Assembly (NCBI GenBank): GCA_002633005.1
Contig: NMRA01000065.1
Coordinates: forward strand, 921,066 to 985,065
DNA length: 64,000 nt
Origin: Phoronis australis
Lineage: Eukaryota > Animalia > Phoronida
Direction: 5' to 3'
Positions 36,001 to 51,000 of the stretch are shown piece by piece (positions within the stretch are counted from its first letter, which is position 1; each line of letters opens with the position of its first letter). The notes below the pieces were generated by a model. The model saw only the letters and a program-made list of their open reading frames with translations. It had not been told where the DNA came from and did not search any database. A program made the translations under genes and the position numbers.

Positions 36001-39000
36001 ATAATAAAGATAAAATGATAGAAAAATTATTTGAGTCCCTATTTCAGACTGTTTCATGCAAGCGGAGAATGTTTCATGCAAGCAGGCAATGAGAAATAAC
36101 GCATTGGGAGTCGCTCACTTCTGGAACCAGTCTGAGAACAGTTCCCGCGAGCTTGGCAAGTTGGACTCTGGGTCGAGAATGTAGAATGTGCTGGCTGTAT
36201 CGACGCCGCTGGTGTAGACTGGGTTGTGTTGCAGTGCCCTCAGGTGAGAACGGATGAAGTACAACGAGGGAACGCGACAGACCGGGTGGCGGCGTAGGAC
36301 AGGAAGGCTCTCCCATGGAAGGGCTTGCACATCCTAGAAAGGGATAAAGACAGCCAAGTCTCGTTTTTGAAAAAAGAAAATTTAAGAAATAAAAAGACAG
36401 TTTCTACTTATAATATAAAAGAACAATAACAAGATACATCAATCAATGCAATTAATTATGCTTTGCATCTATTGTTGACAAAAAGTAAAATTTTACTGGG
36501 GGGAAAACTGATGAAAACTAATTAAAATATTGCATGGTAGAAAACCCATGGAAAATTAAAACATGGGAGTGATAAATGACATACTAACAGCGGCAACAGT
36601 AAACAGTACTACAAGTAAACAGTACAACAGTACTACAACAGTAAACAGTACTACAACAGTAAACAGTACAACAGTAAACAGTACTACAACAGTAAACAGT
36701 ACTACAACAGTAAACAGTACTACAACAGTAAACAGTACTACAACAGTAAACAGTACTACTCCGGTCAAACTCGCACCATAACAATTACATCCAATAAAAG
36801 AACAACAGTTACTGTACCGTATGAACTATACATAACCTGATTAATGCCACTGAAATTCAGGCATCTCCCACTGGGCAAAATATTGGTGAAGTGCACTTTG
36901 CGTATGCAATGCTGGAACCAACCTTATCAAGAACCAAGATGACGGGTTGCCTTGACGACGTGACTGTGTTGGTTTTTTTGTTGTACATCTGAATGGAGGC
37001 GCTAATCTCTTCACAGCTGTCGACGTCCCTGTCAAACACCTGACGTATGCCGTCGTTTAATTGCGAAGACGTAAGATGGTGAGCTGTGTCCACTAGGATC
37101 TATGGATTAAAGAATGTAGCAATCATTGATAAACAACTCTTTAGTGTTGTAAAAGCACAAATGGGACTTCCAGTGTCTAATATTGAGAACGACATACATC
37201 TTCCCTGATCGTATCATATTTAAATATGAAAGACAGAAACCAAGACTTCTAAGTACAGTGGCCACGGTTCGTACAAAACTTTGGACTTTTCAAGGACCTT
37301 TGAGAGTAGTTCAAGGTGTATTTAATACAAATTCAAAGTAATTTTATTATTGTAACAACATTGTGTGCATTAACTCCAACCTATTCAAAATTGGGGAAAA
37401 ATTAAAAAGAGGGATTCAAATTGGCAAACTTGATGTAAAGTTATACATTTTTAATACTTCTAAATAAATATACATGATGAATATGATTTTTAAAAACATG
37501 TTTTAGTAGCAATAAAAATTTAAAATAACATACATACACTGTCTTATAATTAAAGTATTAAACATTTCCAAGGCTAAAAGCTGAAAAACAAGGGCATCCA
37601 AGGTTAGAATTTAACCCAAGGACTGTTCAAGATTAGGCTTTAAACTAGAGGGCTTTTCAAGACTGTTCGAACCATGGCAGGAAATGATATAACTTAAACC
37701 TCTAGTGTTTGAACAACAGATGGCACCAAATTACACAAAAGACCATCCTGTTACCTGCAAAAGCTCCATTTTGTCTTCGCCTTTGGCACCAAACTGCTTC
37801 GCCAAAGTTGACGCCGACTTCCTGACTTGAGCTCGGTCGTCGCTGTTACTATGGTAACCCAGAAGAGCCCCTTTCCAGCAGCCCAGCCATCGGTCCTCTA
37901 GGCTCCCAACCAGACTCTAAATAAGGCAATGATTGTACTATACCATTTCAATTATTTATTTTTGTAATAATAATTCGCACATCACATGACCTCGGTTACA
38001 AGATGGGTTTCATTATCCAGCACAAATTTCATGGGATTCAGCATGAAAGTAAATTCTTTTATGTACAATAAAACTCCTAATCAGATAGGTGCGCATACCT
38101 TGTATCTTCGCTTAATTGGAACAAGGTTCAGGACAACAGTTGTTCTAGTTTGTGCACTCGACCCTTCAGATATAATTTACTCAGAAAAAAATCTCTGTCC
38201 AGTTGAATCCGACTTGAAGATATTTTATTATATTCGACTCCACCCCGTCTCTCTTGAGTTGAAATTTACATGCTACTTTTACACACCACCTACATCCATT
38301 CGTCACAATCATTCCTCGAAGAAGCAGCCTTGACGTTTTCAACAATCGTAGTCTACCAAATGCCGATCCAAATACCGAGCACTGCTTCATTTTAGCTTTT
38401 TTATTTGATTCTACAAAATGTGCGACATCACATCTTTCAGTCCCAAACTAATCTTGCTATCTAAGCTATACATCAAGGGCTCGCTGATAAGAAAGCAAAT
38501 TAATAGTACGCTATTTTGGAAAACTGTCAAAATGTAGCGCTTCAGGTAACCAATAATTCTTGAACACAACTGCATCAACATATTGAACAGTTACGACACT
38601 ACCTTCAGTTCTTTGTCATAGCGATGCCTTTCTGACCACCAGGTGGCCTTGTCAGACACCAACATCACATCGCGTGCACCGACCATCAACTTCTGGAACT
38701 GTGCCACAATGTCCTACAACAGCCAGTGAAAGATGATGGTAGCTGAGCATAACAGGCGCCATAAAATGACCGAGCTGATGAATATCAGGTCGGGCATCTT
38801 GGTCATTTATGCCTTTTACTCAGTAGCAGCAGCTAAGTCCATTAAGGAAAAGTGACGGAGGAAAATGTAACATGTAACTGGAACAGAAAGTTGGAGGAAG
38901 CCGCAGCTTTAAATACTGTCAGACACCATCAGTGTCACCATGATACCAGCATCATCATAGCATTCGTTACTTTATCTTAAGCATGTCCACATAAAAATTT

Positions 39001-42000
39001 CCTGTGCAAAAACTGTACATTGATACATTTGGTACTGGTTAAAAAGTTACGACCAGCATTTTTGTGGTCACGGAATTGGCAAATTTCTGATCTTATACCA
39101 CCACAAAACAATGGTGTCAGATGCTCTAAGTGCTTCAAGCATTACACTAAAACCACTTTCGTGAAAACTCCTAACCGAAGACACTAATTACCGGTTCAAT
39201 CGCAATGTCATTGACTTGTACAACAAGAGGGGTCTGTCCCTTGCGCAATCTTGATATCACCAATCGCTTACACTGACACCCAGCAGTGGAGAGGACGGAC
39301 AGCTGACAAACGGTCCAGTCTGGAAAGAACAGACGAGAGATTGCTTTAGAATAGAAATTACAAAGAAAATCAGATACAGAATTGTTCAAAACAACTTCAA
39401 CGCTAAATGTCGTTGAGTGGAAACCATATTATATACTACCGTACAACCAAATTACCTTTCTCCCCAGCAGGCCAGTAGGTAATAGCTAGTCTAAGACTGG
39501 ATGACCTCCATTGTGGACAGGTGAGGGCCTCACTCCCATCACTGATGCATGACCATCCCATACTGGACATGGTTACCCATTCTGGAAATATTCTACCTCC
39601 AGTTCTTGTTCCAACTTGCACAAGTTTGCCACATCAATTGATGAAACCATTATTACTTGAAATTGGATTCCGTAGCTTCATTTGACATTAGACGAGGAAA
39701 GCAACATGAACCAAGCTGTTGTGAAAAGTGTGCCAGCAAGCTAGGCCTTTTATAATCTATTACCTGGTAGAAGACAGTCGTAAGTGGAGGTGAACTTGTC
39801 CACCGTCTTATTAAAGGCCAGATGCTCCCGACACTCTTCCAACATTTTCAGTCGCTGGTCTGTGAGTTCACAAGGGACTTCTTTCCTCAGTTTTCTAAAT
39901 GAGAAAGCGTAAACGAAATCACATGACCAGTCAACCGCATCTTTGTTGTTCAGACTTTTGATGACTGTTGAAACTTGCGTGGTTGCCAGGGTTCCTTCAT
40001 GGGATGTGCCAGTGATGAACATATCAGAAAGTTTAACAGGAACGGACATGTTAAAGCTGACTGGTGTTCGTCGTTTTCATTCCTCTATGCCATACAATAC
40101 ACAGTTCATATTTGTCAAAAGGGAATTGTGTTAAGTCGTTAAGGATGTGATCAACTCAACACATTCAACAAATAAGAAAGTTGCTACAGTGCTGGAGCTA
40201 ATCACCACTGGTGAATAACAGGTAAATCTAACATGTGCAAAAGTGCAGTATCTGAGACATTAACTGCTAGTAAACAACCAAATAAAGAGAATTTGAAAAA
40301 ATTATTTCTAGACCGTGATGCGCTCATACTTAATTGATTAAACCTTTATTCAGCAATAGTAAAGTGGTAAACGCAAGACCAAGACCAAATTACACTTCAA
40401 TGGAATAGTCCCGATATTAAAATTTTGCACTCCTTACGATGAATGGCATACATCAGATTTTTGGTCACAAAACGAATGAGTGAACAACCAATTCCATTTT
40501 ATTAAACACTTATTTTCACCTCATGTTACTTCCGATGCTCGCTGAAGCCATGTGCCTGAAGGTGACAGATGAGCCTTCTGTGAGGTAGTATGCCGCCTCT
40601 GTGTGGGAGTGACTGACAGACAGGAGAGCCAATGAATGGCAGACATTCCTGTACAACACGCTCGGTGGGTGGTGCCTCATCCTGTTGAAGCTGTCAGTCA
40701 AACGTGCTTTGACAAGGACATCATCTGAAATGAGTAACAAATGCATGGCTTGAGGGACACCAATGTTTTCATCTTTTACCTATGTGGCAAGAAGAAATCT
40801 AGTTAATAAGTAAAATTAGAGGTTAAACTTCGTGATTTGTGCAAAAAGAATTGACAAATACAGCATGAATCATGAAATTTTGTCTAACCGGTTTGTTAAA
40901 GTTTTAATTCATATCTGCATGTTGTCTCACGATTACGAAGTCGTGCGGAAAGTTTTATTTGAATGTAGAAGGCAAATAATTGGTAGGTTATTTTAGTTAT
41001 TTTGCATCATTGTGTCAAGTTTATTAGAATATTTTGCTACAGTTCTTGATAAGATTAGTTTGTTGTATAATACCTTTTTTGTTTTATTTTTAGTCAATCG
41101 CTCATACACTCACTAACTTACAAGACGTTATGAAATAAAGGATAAGAAGAGTGCATTGCGTTTATCTACTCTACATAGTTGGAAACAAGCAGACGGCCAG
41201 TCATTGACCAGTTGACCAGGAGCAGACCAGTAAAGGTCTACTAGGATTCTCTTTAGGTGTATGTCCTCAGTTAGTAGCAGTTATGATTTTATGAGTTTGC
41301 AGAATTCGATGCACTTTGGCCAAAAAGATATCAGATTGTTGCAATTCATTCTCCAGTGACCAGTCTAGTCTTGGTCCCAGTTTATCAACTCCCTTTTGAC
41401 TATTCAAACATCATGGTAACACTGAATGTTCTTACAGAATGTGCGAAACAATAACACCAATTGGAAGTAAATGTTCACATGAAATTACCAGTTATAAATG
41501 ATGCCGTCGAAATATAATTTCAAACTCCAGCTATGAGACGTGTTTTATGTAAAACAATCGAGGTATGCATCTAAATATGCGAAAGTCCGACAAATTGTAT
41601 GAAAGTCCAACAACAACGTTTGACGTGGCACGATCACGGGTGTCTTCAAAGAGTAGCATTGCATTTGCATCCATAGTTATAGCTTGCAATAACCACTTCA
41701 CCATGTACTCACGGACACGTAATTATTCACGTTAAAAATTGTTTCATTTGTAGAATTTGCAAAATTAATATGTTGGTGAAAAGAGTTCATTTTGGCAACA
41801 ACTTCCAGAACAATTAGGTGACTAGCACAAGTTTTAACGTCATTGATGCATGGAAACAAAGAGCACAAACCTTAAAAAGGATCGCTCATAGCGTCAGCCA
41901 TTATCCGTCATTACTCTAAGTCACTTTTGTACTAACGACCCTTCAGAGTAGACACTTCATAGTAAAGACTCTTTGGAATATAGAAAACAATATGCTTGTG

Positions 42001-45000
42001 TTGCATTTTTACTCCAAAAGATAATTACTCCAAAAACAAAATCTCCAGGGTAACAGGCCTTAGTTGTTACAACCCATCCACTCTAAAGAAAAAATTTCCA
42101 GGTAGCAATACGTCTTCATGGACTGTGAATCAACCAAGATATGTTTATACTGTAAGTTTCATGTACAGGAGGATGTGTTTCCCAAGTAAGATTGTTACAA
42201 TGAGCCAAACGTCAGACATTGTGGTCAACAACTACTAGGCATGTGATAATGTTGGAAATGACAGTGTCGTGGGAAGAACGAATAAAAGTTGAATGGAACA
42301 GAAATGATAACTATCAAAAACGTGGACATCTTGAATATTTTCAAATAAAAATACATTTGGCCATGTTAGTGTTGTTGTTTTGCTATGAATGTTTCTTCAC
42401 TGTATGGTTTTGCAAAAAACATGGTCACCAACTCAATCAATGGCAGATTGTTCAATGTCCAAAACTAAATTCTGCGCACCTTCTACTGTTAGTGAGCTAA
42501 ATTCTAGTTCCGTAGATACTTGGATAAATGCACAAACTTGGTGACAAGGTTAAGAAGTTCTTCATGAAAAAGTGTACTTTAAGTCTCAGCATCTCTGTGA
42601 TAATAGTTTGGGTAGAGTGTGAAATAGTACCAATTTCTAGCAAAAATGGCAAAAATAATTGCCAAGATATACCTTTTTTTAATTTGTACAGGGTTCTAAC
42701 ATTATTATTAGTATCCAGTTTCTTAAAGCATTGTCGCTTAATGGCTATGCCACAGAACGTGAAATGGTTAATCAATTCCTTGGTGTTATAAAAAACACCA
42801 AAATGTGTCCTTATACTGCTATCTTAGAAATGATTCAACGAAACTGGACACTTGCAAAGATAGTGGTTGCATTTTGTTAGTAAAAGATGGATGAAAATGA
42901 TCGCACCCTCAATTACAGTGATATATTTGGATGATACCGGCATTAGGATGGCGAAAGTAGGAAAAATTGGTTTGAGTTCCTTTCAAATTCTAAAATCCCA
43001 AGCAGGCACATGTTTAGAATTTTTCTGTTATCACTTCTCAAATATGAATACTTTGCGATATCACACTCGGAACCTTTAGACCACAGGCATTTCATCATTG
43101 AACTCATGAAATTACAGGCATTTGTTCATGGTAGCAAAATATAACTCTTGTGCTGTTTTACAACAGACTGGAAGAGTTTAAGCAGCAGTTGGATGGCATT
43201 TGCTCACAGATAATCAGCAAATGAGAATTGGAGACTGAGCTGCAGCCTTCAACAGAAATTTGTGACTAGCAGAGTGTTTTAACTTACTTGCACTACTCGC
43301 TGGTTGCTCTGAAACACTACTCTTCTTTACATTCACAACATCACTCAAAACACTAATTGACTTTACGTCTGCCAATTTGCTGCTGGATCGCAGCACCTCA
43401 CTGTCCGCCGTATCAGCCACTTTCTTCGAGCGTACGCTTGCAGCCCTACCACGGCCTTTCCTGGCTGGACGACAATTTTCATCGTCACTTCCAGCTCTCA
43501 TAACCTCAATGGAATCGTTAAAGTCCACAATTACATTGCGGAGAAAGTCTCTGTCTGGTGCTGATGGCTGTGTAATGGTTAACGGCATCAGCTCTTCGTT
43601 AATACCCGTCTCCAATCCATGAACTCTACTACACTCATCAATCGCATCATCTTCTTGATCCATGACACTCAAGTCTCGCTCTAGCATCATTTCGCCCATT
43701 TCGTCAACGTCGTCATTGCCATCAGTCTCAATGTCAATGGCACGCAGCTTCTCGCGATTCCGCCGTGTGTTTCGACTGGCCACAGCCGCAGGCATGATAG
43801 ACTTTCTGTTGTGTGCGCTCTTCCCATCAACAAAACCACCAGTTTGGCTCTCTGTGGCATCATTCCTGACTTCGTGGTCATGATCGTCACGAAAAATCTC
43901 AACCTCTGGGTCGGCAGTTTCAGCCTTAGCTATTCTTGCACGGGTCGTCGTCTTGCAAGGTTTGCGTGGCGCCCTGGCCTTTGACTTGGATACAACACCT
44001 TCGTCGTCTGAGTTTGGAATGTAATCATAGACATTTTCACGAGCTGCAGCAGTTGACTTCCTGTTCAAATGTTTCTTGTAGACTGGCGTACGCGGCAGCT
44101 GCAGTCTCGGCTCCGGACTATTCGTATCCACAACTTTCAGGGGACTGAATGTCGATCTTGACATCAGTTTTAAAATGGGCGCCGCTGACAGAGGCTGGCT
44201 CGGCATCGTCTCCGCGGTCTTCTTCCTCGACGACCGTGGCACTTTACGTGAAGTGGCTGATGATTTCCGTTTTGCGTTTTGAATACTGAGCTGATTGTCA
44301 CCAGGAGGCATTACAGGCGTTTCCATACCGAGAGCTGGTGTCTGAGATTTGATAGATGATACAGATGATGTCCTTTTTGAGGTAGCTTTTGGACGGGCTG
44401 GGGTCTTGAATGCTTCCGATGTGGCCAGTGAGTCGTCAAACACAACAAAAGCATTCTTTTTTCCTTTGGGTTTCTTTGGTGCAACAACGACAGCTGATGA
44501 TGAACTAACAATGGGTTTTGCTTTGACTTCTGGAGACAAATCCAATTTCTTCGACACAGTGTCTGTCTCGTTTTCCACCCCGGGTCGTAACAAATCGGCT
44601 ATTACATCTGAGTACAAGTAACTCAAATCGACTTCATGTTCACCGAACCACCCCGATGGACCTAATGTTGCCACCACAGACTCAGCCTTGCTGATGTAAT
44701 CCCTGACCATTTGCGGCACGTTCTTTAACATGCTGAGCCGAGCCAATGACATATAAATGTCCACCAAGTTTGAGTCGAACATGTAAGAAACGTTAACACC
44801 CTTCAAGAGGTTCCCGCTGGATGCTTCCAGGGTGCTGGTAGCTTTCTCTGACATCAGTTTGAACAGCTGTAAAGCCATCTCTAACCCATGACCGCTCTGA
44901 CTAGTCAGTCCCAGACATTGGTCAACCTCTGCTTGTAGTATCATACACTTCAAGTTCAAAGTGTGTAACACCAGATCACTGCACTGCTCACATTGACACC

Positions 45001-48000
45001 GTGCAGTGTGCGCCATGTACCCGGGCTTTTCCAGCCTCTTGGTCTTCAGCATCGGAGAACTCCTGTTATCACAACGGACATCGTCGTTATCTCCGATGCC
45101 AGCCTCTTCCTCGGCACAGACAGGACGACTCGAGATGAAATCGTCGTCCTCACTGTTATAGCTGTCATCAAATCCGAAACAGTCATCTGACTCTTTCTTC
45201 ACAACAGATTTATGCAAGCTGTCACCTCTGTTGGCTCCCACAGAGCTGGCAATAGGTTTTGGTTTCATTTCTTTAACCATTTTACGTTCCGAGTTCAACA
45301 AGAAGTGCACACTGCTAAGCTTTGCTTCTGCCTCATCATGTTTCCCGGCCACATTGTCTAGACGGGCGAGTTCTAGAAGGAACTCTGCAATCCTGAAGAA
45401 AAATTAAAACACAAATCAGCCAAATGTCCATTGCATAAAATTAACGTGGTTATAAAACTTTTCATAGCCACAAAAACAAACTTTCGATTTAGACGGCTTA
45501 CCATTATGAAATTGGACTGTAACTGTTCCATGGTCAAGTTGGAGATTTCAGGGCTTAAAAATGACCTAACATGAATTCAATGTTGCTGGAGATTAGGTTC
45601 TGAAAAGTAATTTGTAACTGCGTGTCATTTCGTGCGCCAAACTTGGTCTCAAGGAATAACAACCTGTCGGTTCTTTGCAAACCCAGACATCAGTTCTCAT
45701 CTGACGAACGATCAAGTTGAGAGCAAATTTAAAAACTTAAGGTAAGTGGTTTAAATCAAAAGTTGGCTTCTCAAGATCCGCTTTGAGGACTTTCATTTTT
45801 ATTAGATGTGTCCAGAAAGACTGAGGCGCATCAAAAACGAGGCGCACACCGTTAATTGAACGGATATTGTGGCATTGAAACAAGGTGGATTACATTAGAT
45901 TAACTATGTGTTAAATTGTTAGACATTTTAAAAGGACAGTGACTACACATCAGAATGAATATGAGAAACGTGGCTTTCACATAAAATCTAAGTTATCTTT
46001 ACTTGGAAGTCATTGACAACCAAAAAGGCTTTCCAACATGCGGGCAACAAGTTGCACCACTGAACACCAGCTTGCTTCAGATTCCTATGCATGAAAGTGA
46101 TTTCACATTACAATCACTCTGCATCATGGTCTCATTGCCAACAGCCCAGCCTACCTGCGAGGTATATTGAATGATTGGGACACACGTAGGCCCTCCCTCA
46201 AGTAACATCTGGCACTCCGCTCATCGCCGGCGCTGATAAAGAAAGCACCATTGTACAGCAGGCTGGTCAGAAGCTGGTTGACGGCACTCCACTTTTCTAC
46301 CACGGAGTCACCTTGGTGAGGACATAAAACATACAGTCAGCTGACTATTCCAGTGTTGAAGTACAACCCAATGTAGGAATTACAGGAAATTAAAATGCAT
46401 TGTTTACAATCATGTATCAATCTAAAAGTAGATTTTCCAGTATGACAATGTTATATTGCCTTAAAAAGCAATTTCTACAAGTCGAAATCTTGCATAAATC
46501 AGGAAGGCTCATCTAGGTTCCATTTGTGGAACCAAAGCAATTGTCATAACATTACTAACTTCATGGCAATAAAATGCTAGCCGAAACACAAACAGTAACA
46601 TTTGGTATAACATAGCAGACAAAATATTGTAAAGATCTCGTCTGGCATACTCAGCAAACAGGTGGTGGAAAGACATTAACTTACACTATGCAAGACACAT
46701 ATTCATCATTTTGATTTTGAATCTTGTGGAAATTTGATTAGCTGAGAGTCAACCAACATAGAAATCTACTGGGTTACATTGTAAACAGTGGTCAATAGGC
46801 TTTGGGTGATGGAAATCCGACTAAGAAACGATTTTTTTGTTCTCAACTCTTTTAAGTTCTTGCACAGCACTAATTAGGTCAAGCTGTAATAGCAAAAGTT
46901 ACAACTCCACTGCATCAAGTTAGTGACAGTGAACCACCCTGAGAAATAAATTAGTGATTATCTCCATTCAGCCAGTAGTGTTGTCACGTGTAATCCAGAA
47001 CGCTAACTTGTGATAAAAACCGAAAATGAAAGGTTTCAACCCAAAGCACGAATCCATAAGACAGTAATGCTGCATCTGGCTTCAAGGTATTCACTCAACT
47101 CACCTTTGCAGCCAGTCTTCAACGATGACACCACGGACGAGTGATAGTTGAAGGCGTACCAGGCCGAGTCTACAGTGCAGCCACTAGGTGGCGAGACCAG
47201 GCTGTGGAGGAAGGGTGTACGGCAGAGCCGTGAACGGAGTCGCTGACAAAGTCCGTTGAGATAACAGGTCACCTTGGTCTTAGCACACGCGTTGAGTGCA
47301 CCTTGAACAGTTTCCAACATGTCCCAACTGTCTTTCAGCTGTAAGAGAAAACAATGCAACAATGACTTGTGCATTTACTGGATGAAATCACAATTCATCT
47401 TTAATAGTCAAAGCATTCTGAAATGACATTGACCAAGGGATGAAAACAATTCTGTGACAGCGGCTCTAAATTCCGGCTACCATCCTCTAAACTTCTATTC
47501 CGGAGGAGCTAACAACTAACTCACTGTATAAATTCCGACACCTGCACAACAAACATTCGATGAAAATGCTGACCAAACTCCAGTCCCAGGGACCAAATTT
47601 CTCACCCAGACTTAAGAGGCGCTGCTATGGAAATGTGTACACTTTCAGTTTAAATGACGCCAGAGCCCGACATAAGTGAAGTGAGTAAATGCTCGAAAAT
47701 ATGAGTGCAAAAAGTAACATACAAGTAGAAAGTTGACTTCACTTGTACGGGCGCCGAGTGAACATTAAGCAATTTTTTAGTCGTCACAGTTGCCTGCAAC
47801 CGCATGTTCGGCTGTACACTCCGCAATTGTGTCCAACATTCTCCATGAATTAGTAGTGATATAAAGCACTCTCCATGAATTAACAGTGATATCAAGCATT
47901 CTCCATGAATTAAGTGATATAAAGCCCTGACAAGCATGAAAATTGACATGTGGTTGTTTAACCACTGAACCACTCCTCCTCGTCACCCTTGACGTTTTAA

Positions 48001-51000
48001 ATTGAAGTATACAGACTCCAAGTTCAAAGGATTTCTCATTACCGTAAGGCAGGGACTCATCTAGGATTTGAAAATTGGGGGTCCAAATTCGTGAGACTGA
48101 CGAGTCGTGCAAAGTGCAAATCTGAGGCGCGCAGCGCTGATGGGGGGGAGGGGGGAAGTTAGGGGTGGGGGGAAGTTGGGGGGGAGGTGGGAGAATTCCC
48201 CCACATAAAAAAGTCATTTCCTTGCATTTTATTTAGCCCACTGTTTGGATGTCTTTTTCTTGTTCAAAGGACGGGAAACTAAAGAAAAATTAGGAGGTTT
48301 GTTCCATTCAGAATGTGTGTATTGTCACTGGGCTGCAAAAATCAAGATCTGTAAATCTTTTTAGTAAGATAATCTATGTAGAGTTGCATGATAGACAGCG
48401 TGAGTACAGGACTCAATGTATCTTGAAGCTCTCAAAAGAGAAGAGTAAAATGCAGTTGAGAAACCACTTGAAACTGTGAGAAGACAATGAAGTTGCATTC
48501 GAAAGGACATGAAGAAATATATTCTAGAGTACATGCCTACGTTTCGTTACATCGCACAGTAATGCAATTCACGAATCTACAAAAACAAGACCATATCTTC
48601 AACAAATTCCCAAATCAGTATCACCAGTGCTCAACACGGTCGAAAATCTCCGCTGGAAAATAGGAGTGACGACGTATGTGCACTCGCGCGTGTATACCCG
48701 GACTTGGCTTCGTAAAGGATCGTGACCAAAAAAAACGTCGAAACTCCGTGTTTGAATTTGGCATTCGTATTTTTACGTTTCTTAAACGTTTTTCCGAGCG
48801 CTTTACTCGTAAATTTCACGTCGTTTGGCTACGAGCGTAGCCAGTGGTCGCCGGGGACATCGTAGTTGTTACGTCTTCTGCAGTGCATTTTAAGTTGTTG
48901 AATTGAAACTTACCAGGTTGAAAGTCAATCACTGTCCTTCATAGTACGCTACAAGAAATTTATTCTTAAAAAGAACCATTCTTTACTCGCAGTTTAAGAG
49001 TCAAATCCCCGGCCTGGTTCACAGCCGAAGTAACAGGTGCTGTGCACGTGACTGGCTGACCTACTTTTTTCATATACGGCACGCAGTGCCACACACAGAG
49101 GATAAACTCGCCCAATAATCATGGAATTCCACAATAAGTTGAAGTATTTTGAGGCATTTATTTTCATGCTAAGTTATTCATTGAATACGTAACCAACATT
49201 ACACACCACATTTTTTTCTCGTAAAGTTTGCACTGCATTCTCGCGCATCAATATAAGTCGTTCGGCCGTGCGGATTTTTTTGATATTTTTTCATTGATTC
49301 GCTGAGTTGCAACGGAGCTATAGCGAACAAATGAAGGAAGTTTGCGCTAAGTTTTATCTGGTTTGCATGTTCAACGGCATTGATGGCATTTGTACGGCAG
49401 GTCAGTGCTACAATTTTGTCGGGTATGATTTTTTTCGAAGTGTACGTTCTCCGTCGGCTATTTCAAAGTGGCTGCTTCGTCGAATATATCGAGCGCGGCT
49501 TCAACTTCCGCGTCGGCAACTAGCATTAGGGGTACGGCAAATCCTTTTAACTTCGGGTGTGTGGGTTCTACAGTTTCAAAGATTAAGTGTCCATGTACGG
49601 GTAGTTAGCGCTGGATGCAATTTCTCGACACTAGTCGTGCGGGGGATTCCGTATGAAGTCACCTTGACGTCACAGAATAGGAAGGTATTCCCAAAGATGG
49701 CTGCCAATATTTGTCGATCGTCATTGTGACATTTATAGTAAAAATAGACGGCAAAAGTTTCTAATGTCGAGTTATTTCTTAATATTTAGCGAACTTAAAC
49801 AATGAATTGTAGGTTTCAATGAAATTTATTTATAATAAATTTATTTATAATAAATGTTTAGCCTTCATTTTCGCCGAGGTTGTTTTGGAACAGGTCGTCT
49901 TTTTTCCGTCTTGGCCGTGCCGTCCAAAGCCGTCATATTTTTAAAAGGGCCGTCCCAAGGACGGCCAGGACGGCCGCTAGATGAGTCCCTGCCGTAAGGC
50001 TAGTTGCCAACGCAAAATTTAATCGGCAAGTACTAGCTAAATATGAAATTTGAAATACTGTTAGAGCAAATAGCCGCCAAAATTTTAGGACTGACCTGTC
50101 ATGCGAATGTCATCAAATTTGTTGAAGATGTAAAACGACATAAATCGAACCAGGAACTACTTCATGGTAGACTTTAGACCTAGTATGTGTCAATTTCAAC
50201 AATTCTGCCATCTTTAAATACGCTGGAGAAGATGCTAACAAGACGACCAGTGCTCGGGTGGATGACCAGGGCCAGTGAAAGTGTTGAAAATACAAGTGAA
50301 GACGGTAAAAAATTGGACTCGCTCGTACAGGTGCCAAGCCAAAGCTGTTTTTTATTGTGATCGCCACTTTTGACAAGTCCACATCTGAGTGGCAAATATG
50401 CCATCACTTGTATTTTCGGCTTCAGTTACTGATGTCATGTTATGTTAGAAAAATCGTATTATTTAAAAAGTAACAAAGAACTTAGCAAGAAATGAAGAGT
50501 GCTCAGATATGAACATTAGGCCAGAGGACAGAACAGCACAAGTAGTACCCACCTGACCACCAACATGCAGTAGTTTTCAAAAAAAAAATTGACAATGTTT
50601 CTTCTCGTCTGAAATCTGGGAAATTTTCTAATAATTTAGAGCTATTTCCCCCCTGGTTTCCTGCTAGGTCTCGGCCATTACATAAATGATTGACAACTAA
50701 CCAGAAACAACAAGTCAACACCCACCTTGCCACTGTACATGAGAAGTCGTGCCTTCGCCAACTTAAACAGTGTCCATGCCGACTTCCCAGCATCTTCTAT
50801 TGCCAACAAACTCTCGTGGTCCCTCTCCGTTGACTCGCACACGATCTGTGCAGACGACACACAGCCCAGATCTAGAAGAAGGCTTATTTTTCTTGCTGCG
50901 CAGTGGATCGAGTCCAACCCCAGGCCTAACTGTTTCGCGAAGCTGTGAAGGACAGCTATAGCCCTCAATTCCCCTACAACCTGAAAGAACAAAGAGATCA

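Noticed and set aside
36556-36784. Repetitive ORFs (TTTVNS, FTVVVL, STVYCC) resembling mucin-like or Cys-rich peptides
   Set aside because: They are translations of an 18-bp intronic minisatellite; the separase exons on either side already join in frame.
49307-49729. 140-aa ORF inside the hAT element as a possible transposase
   Set aside because: Non-ATG start, no BED finger, DDE or dimerisation motifs; consistent with a chance ORF in GC-richer DNA.
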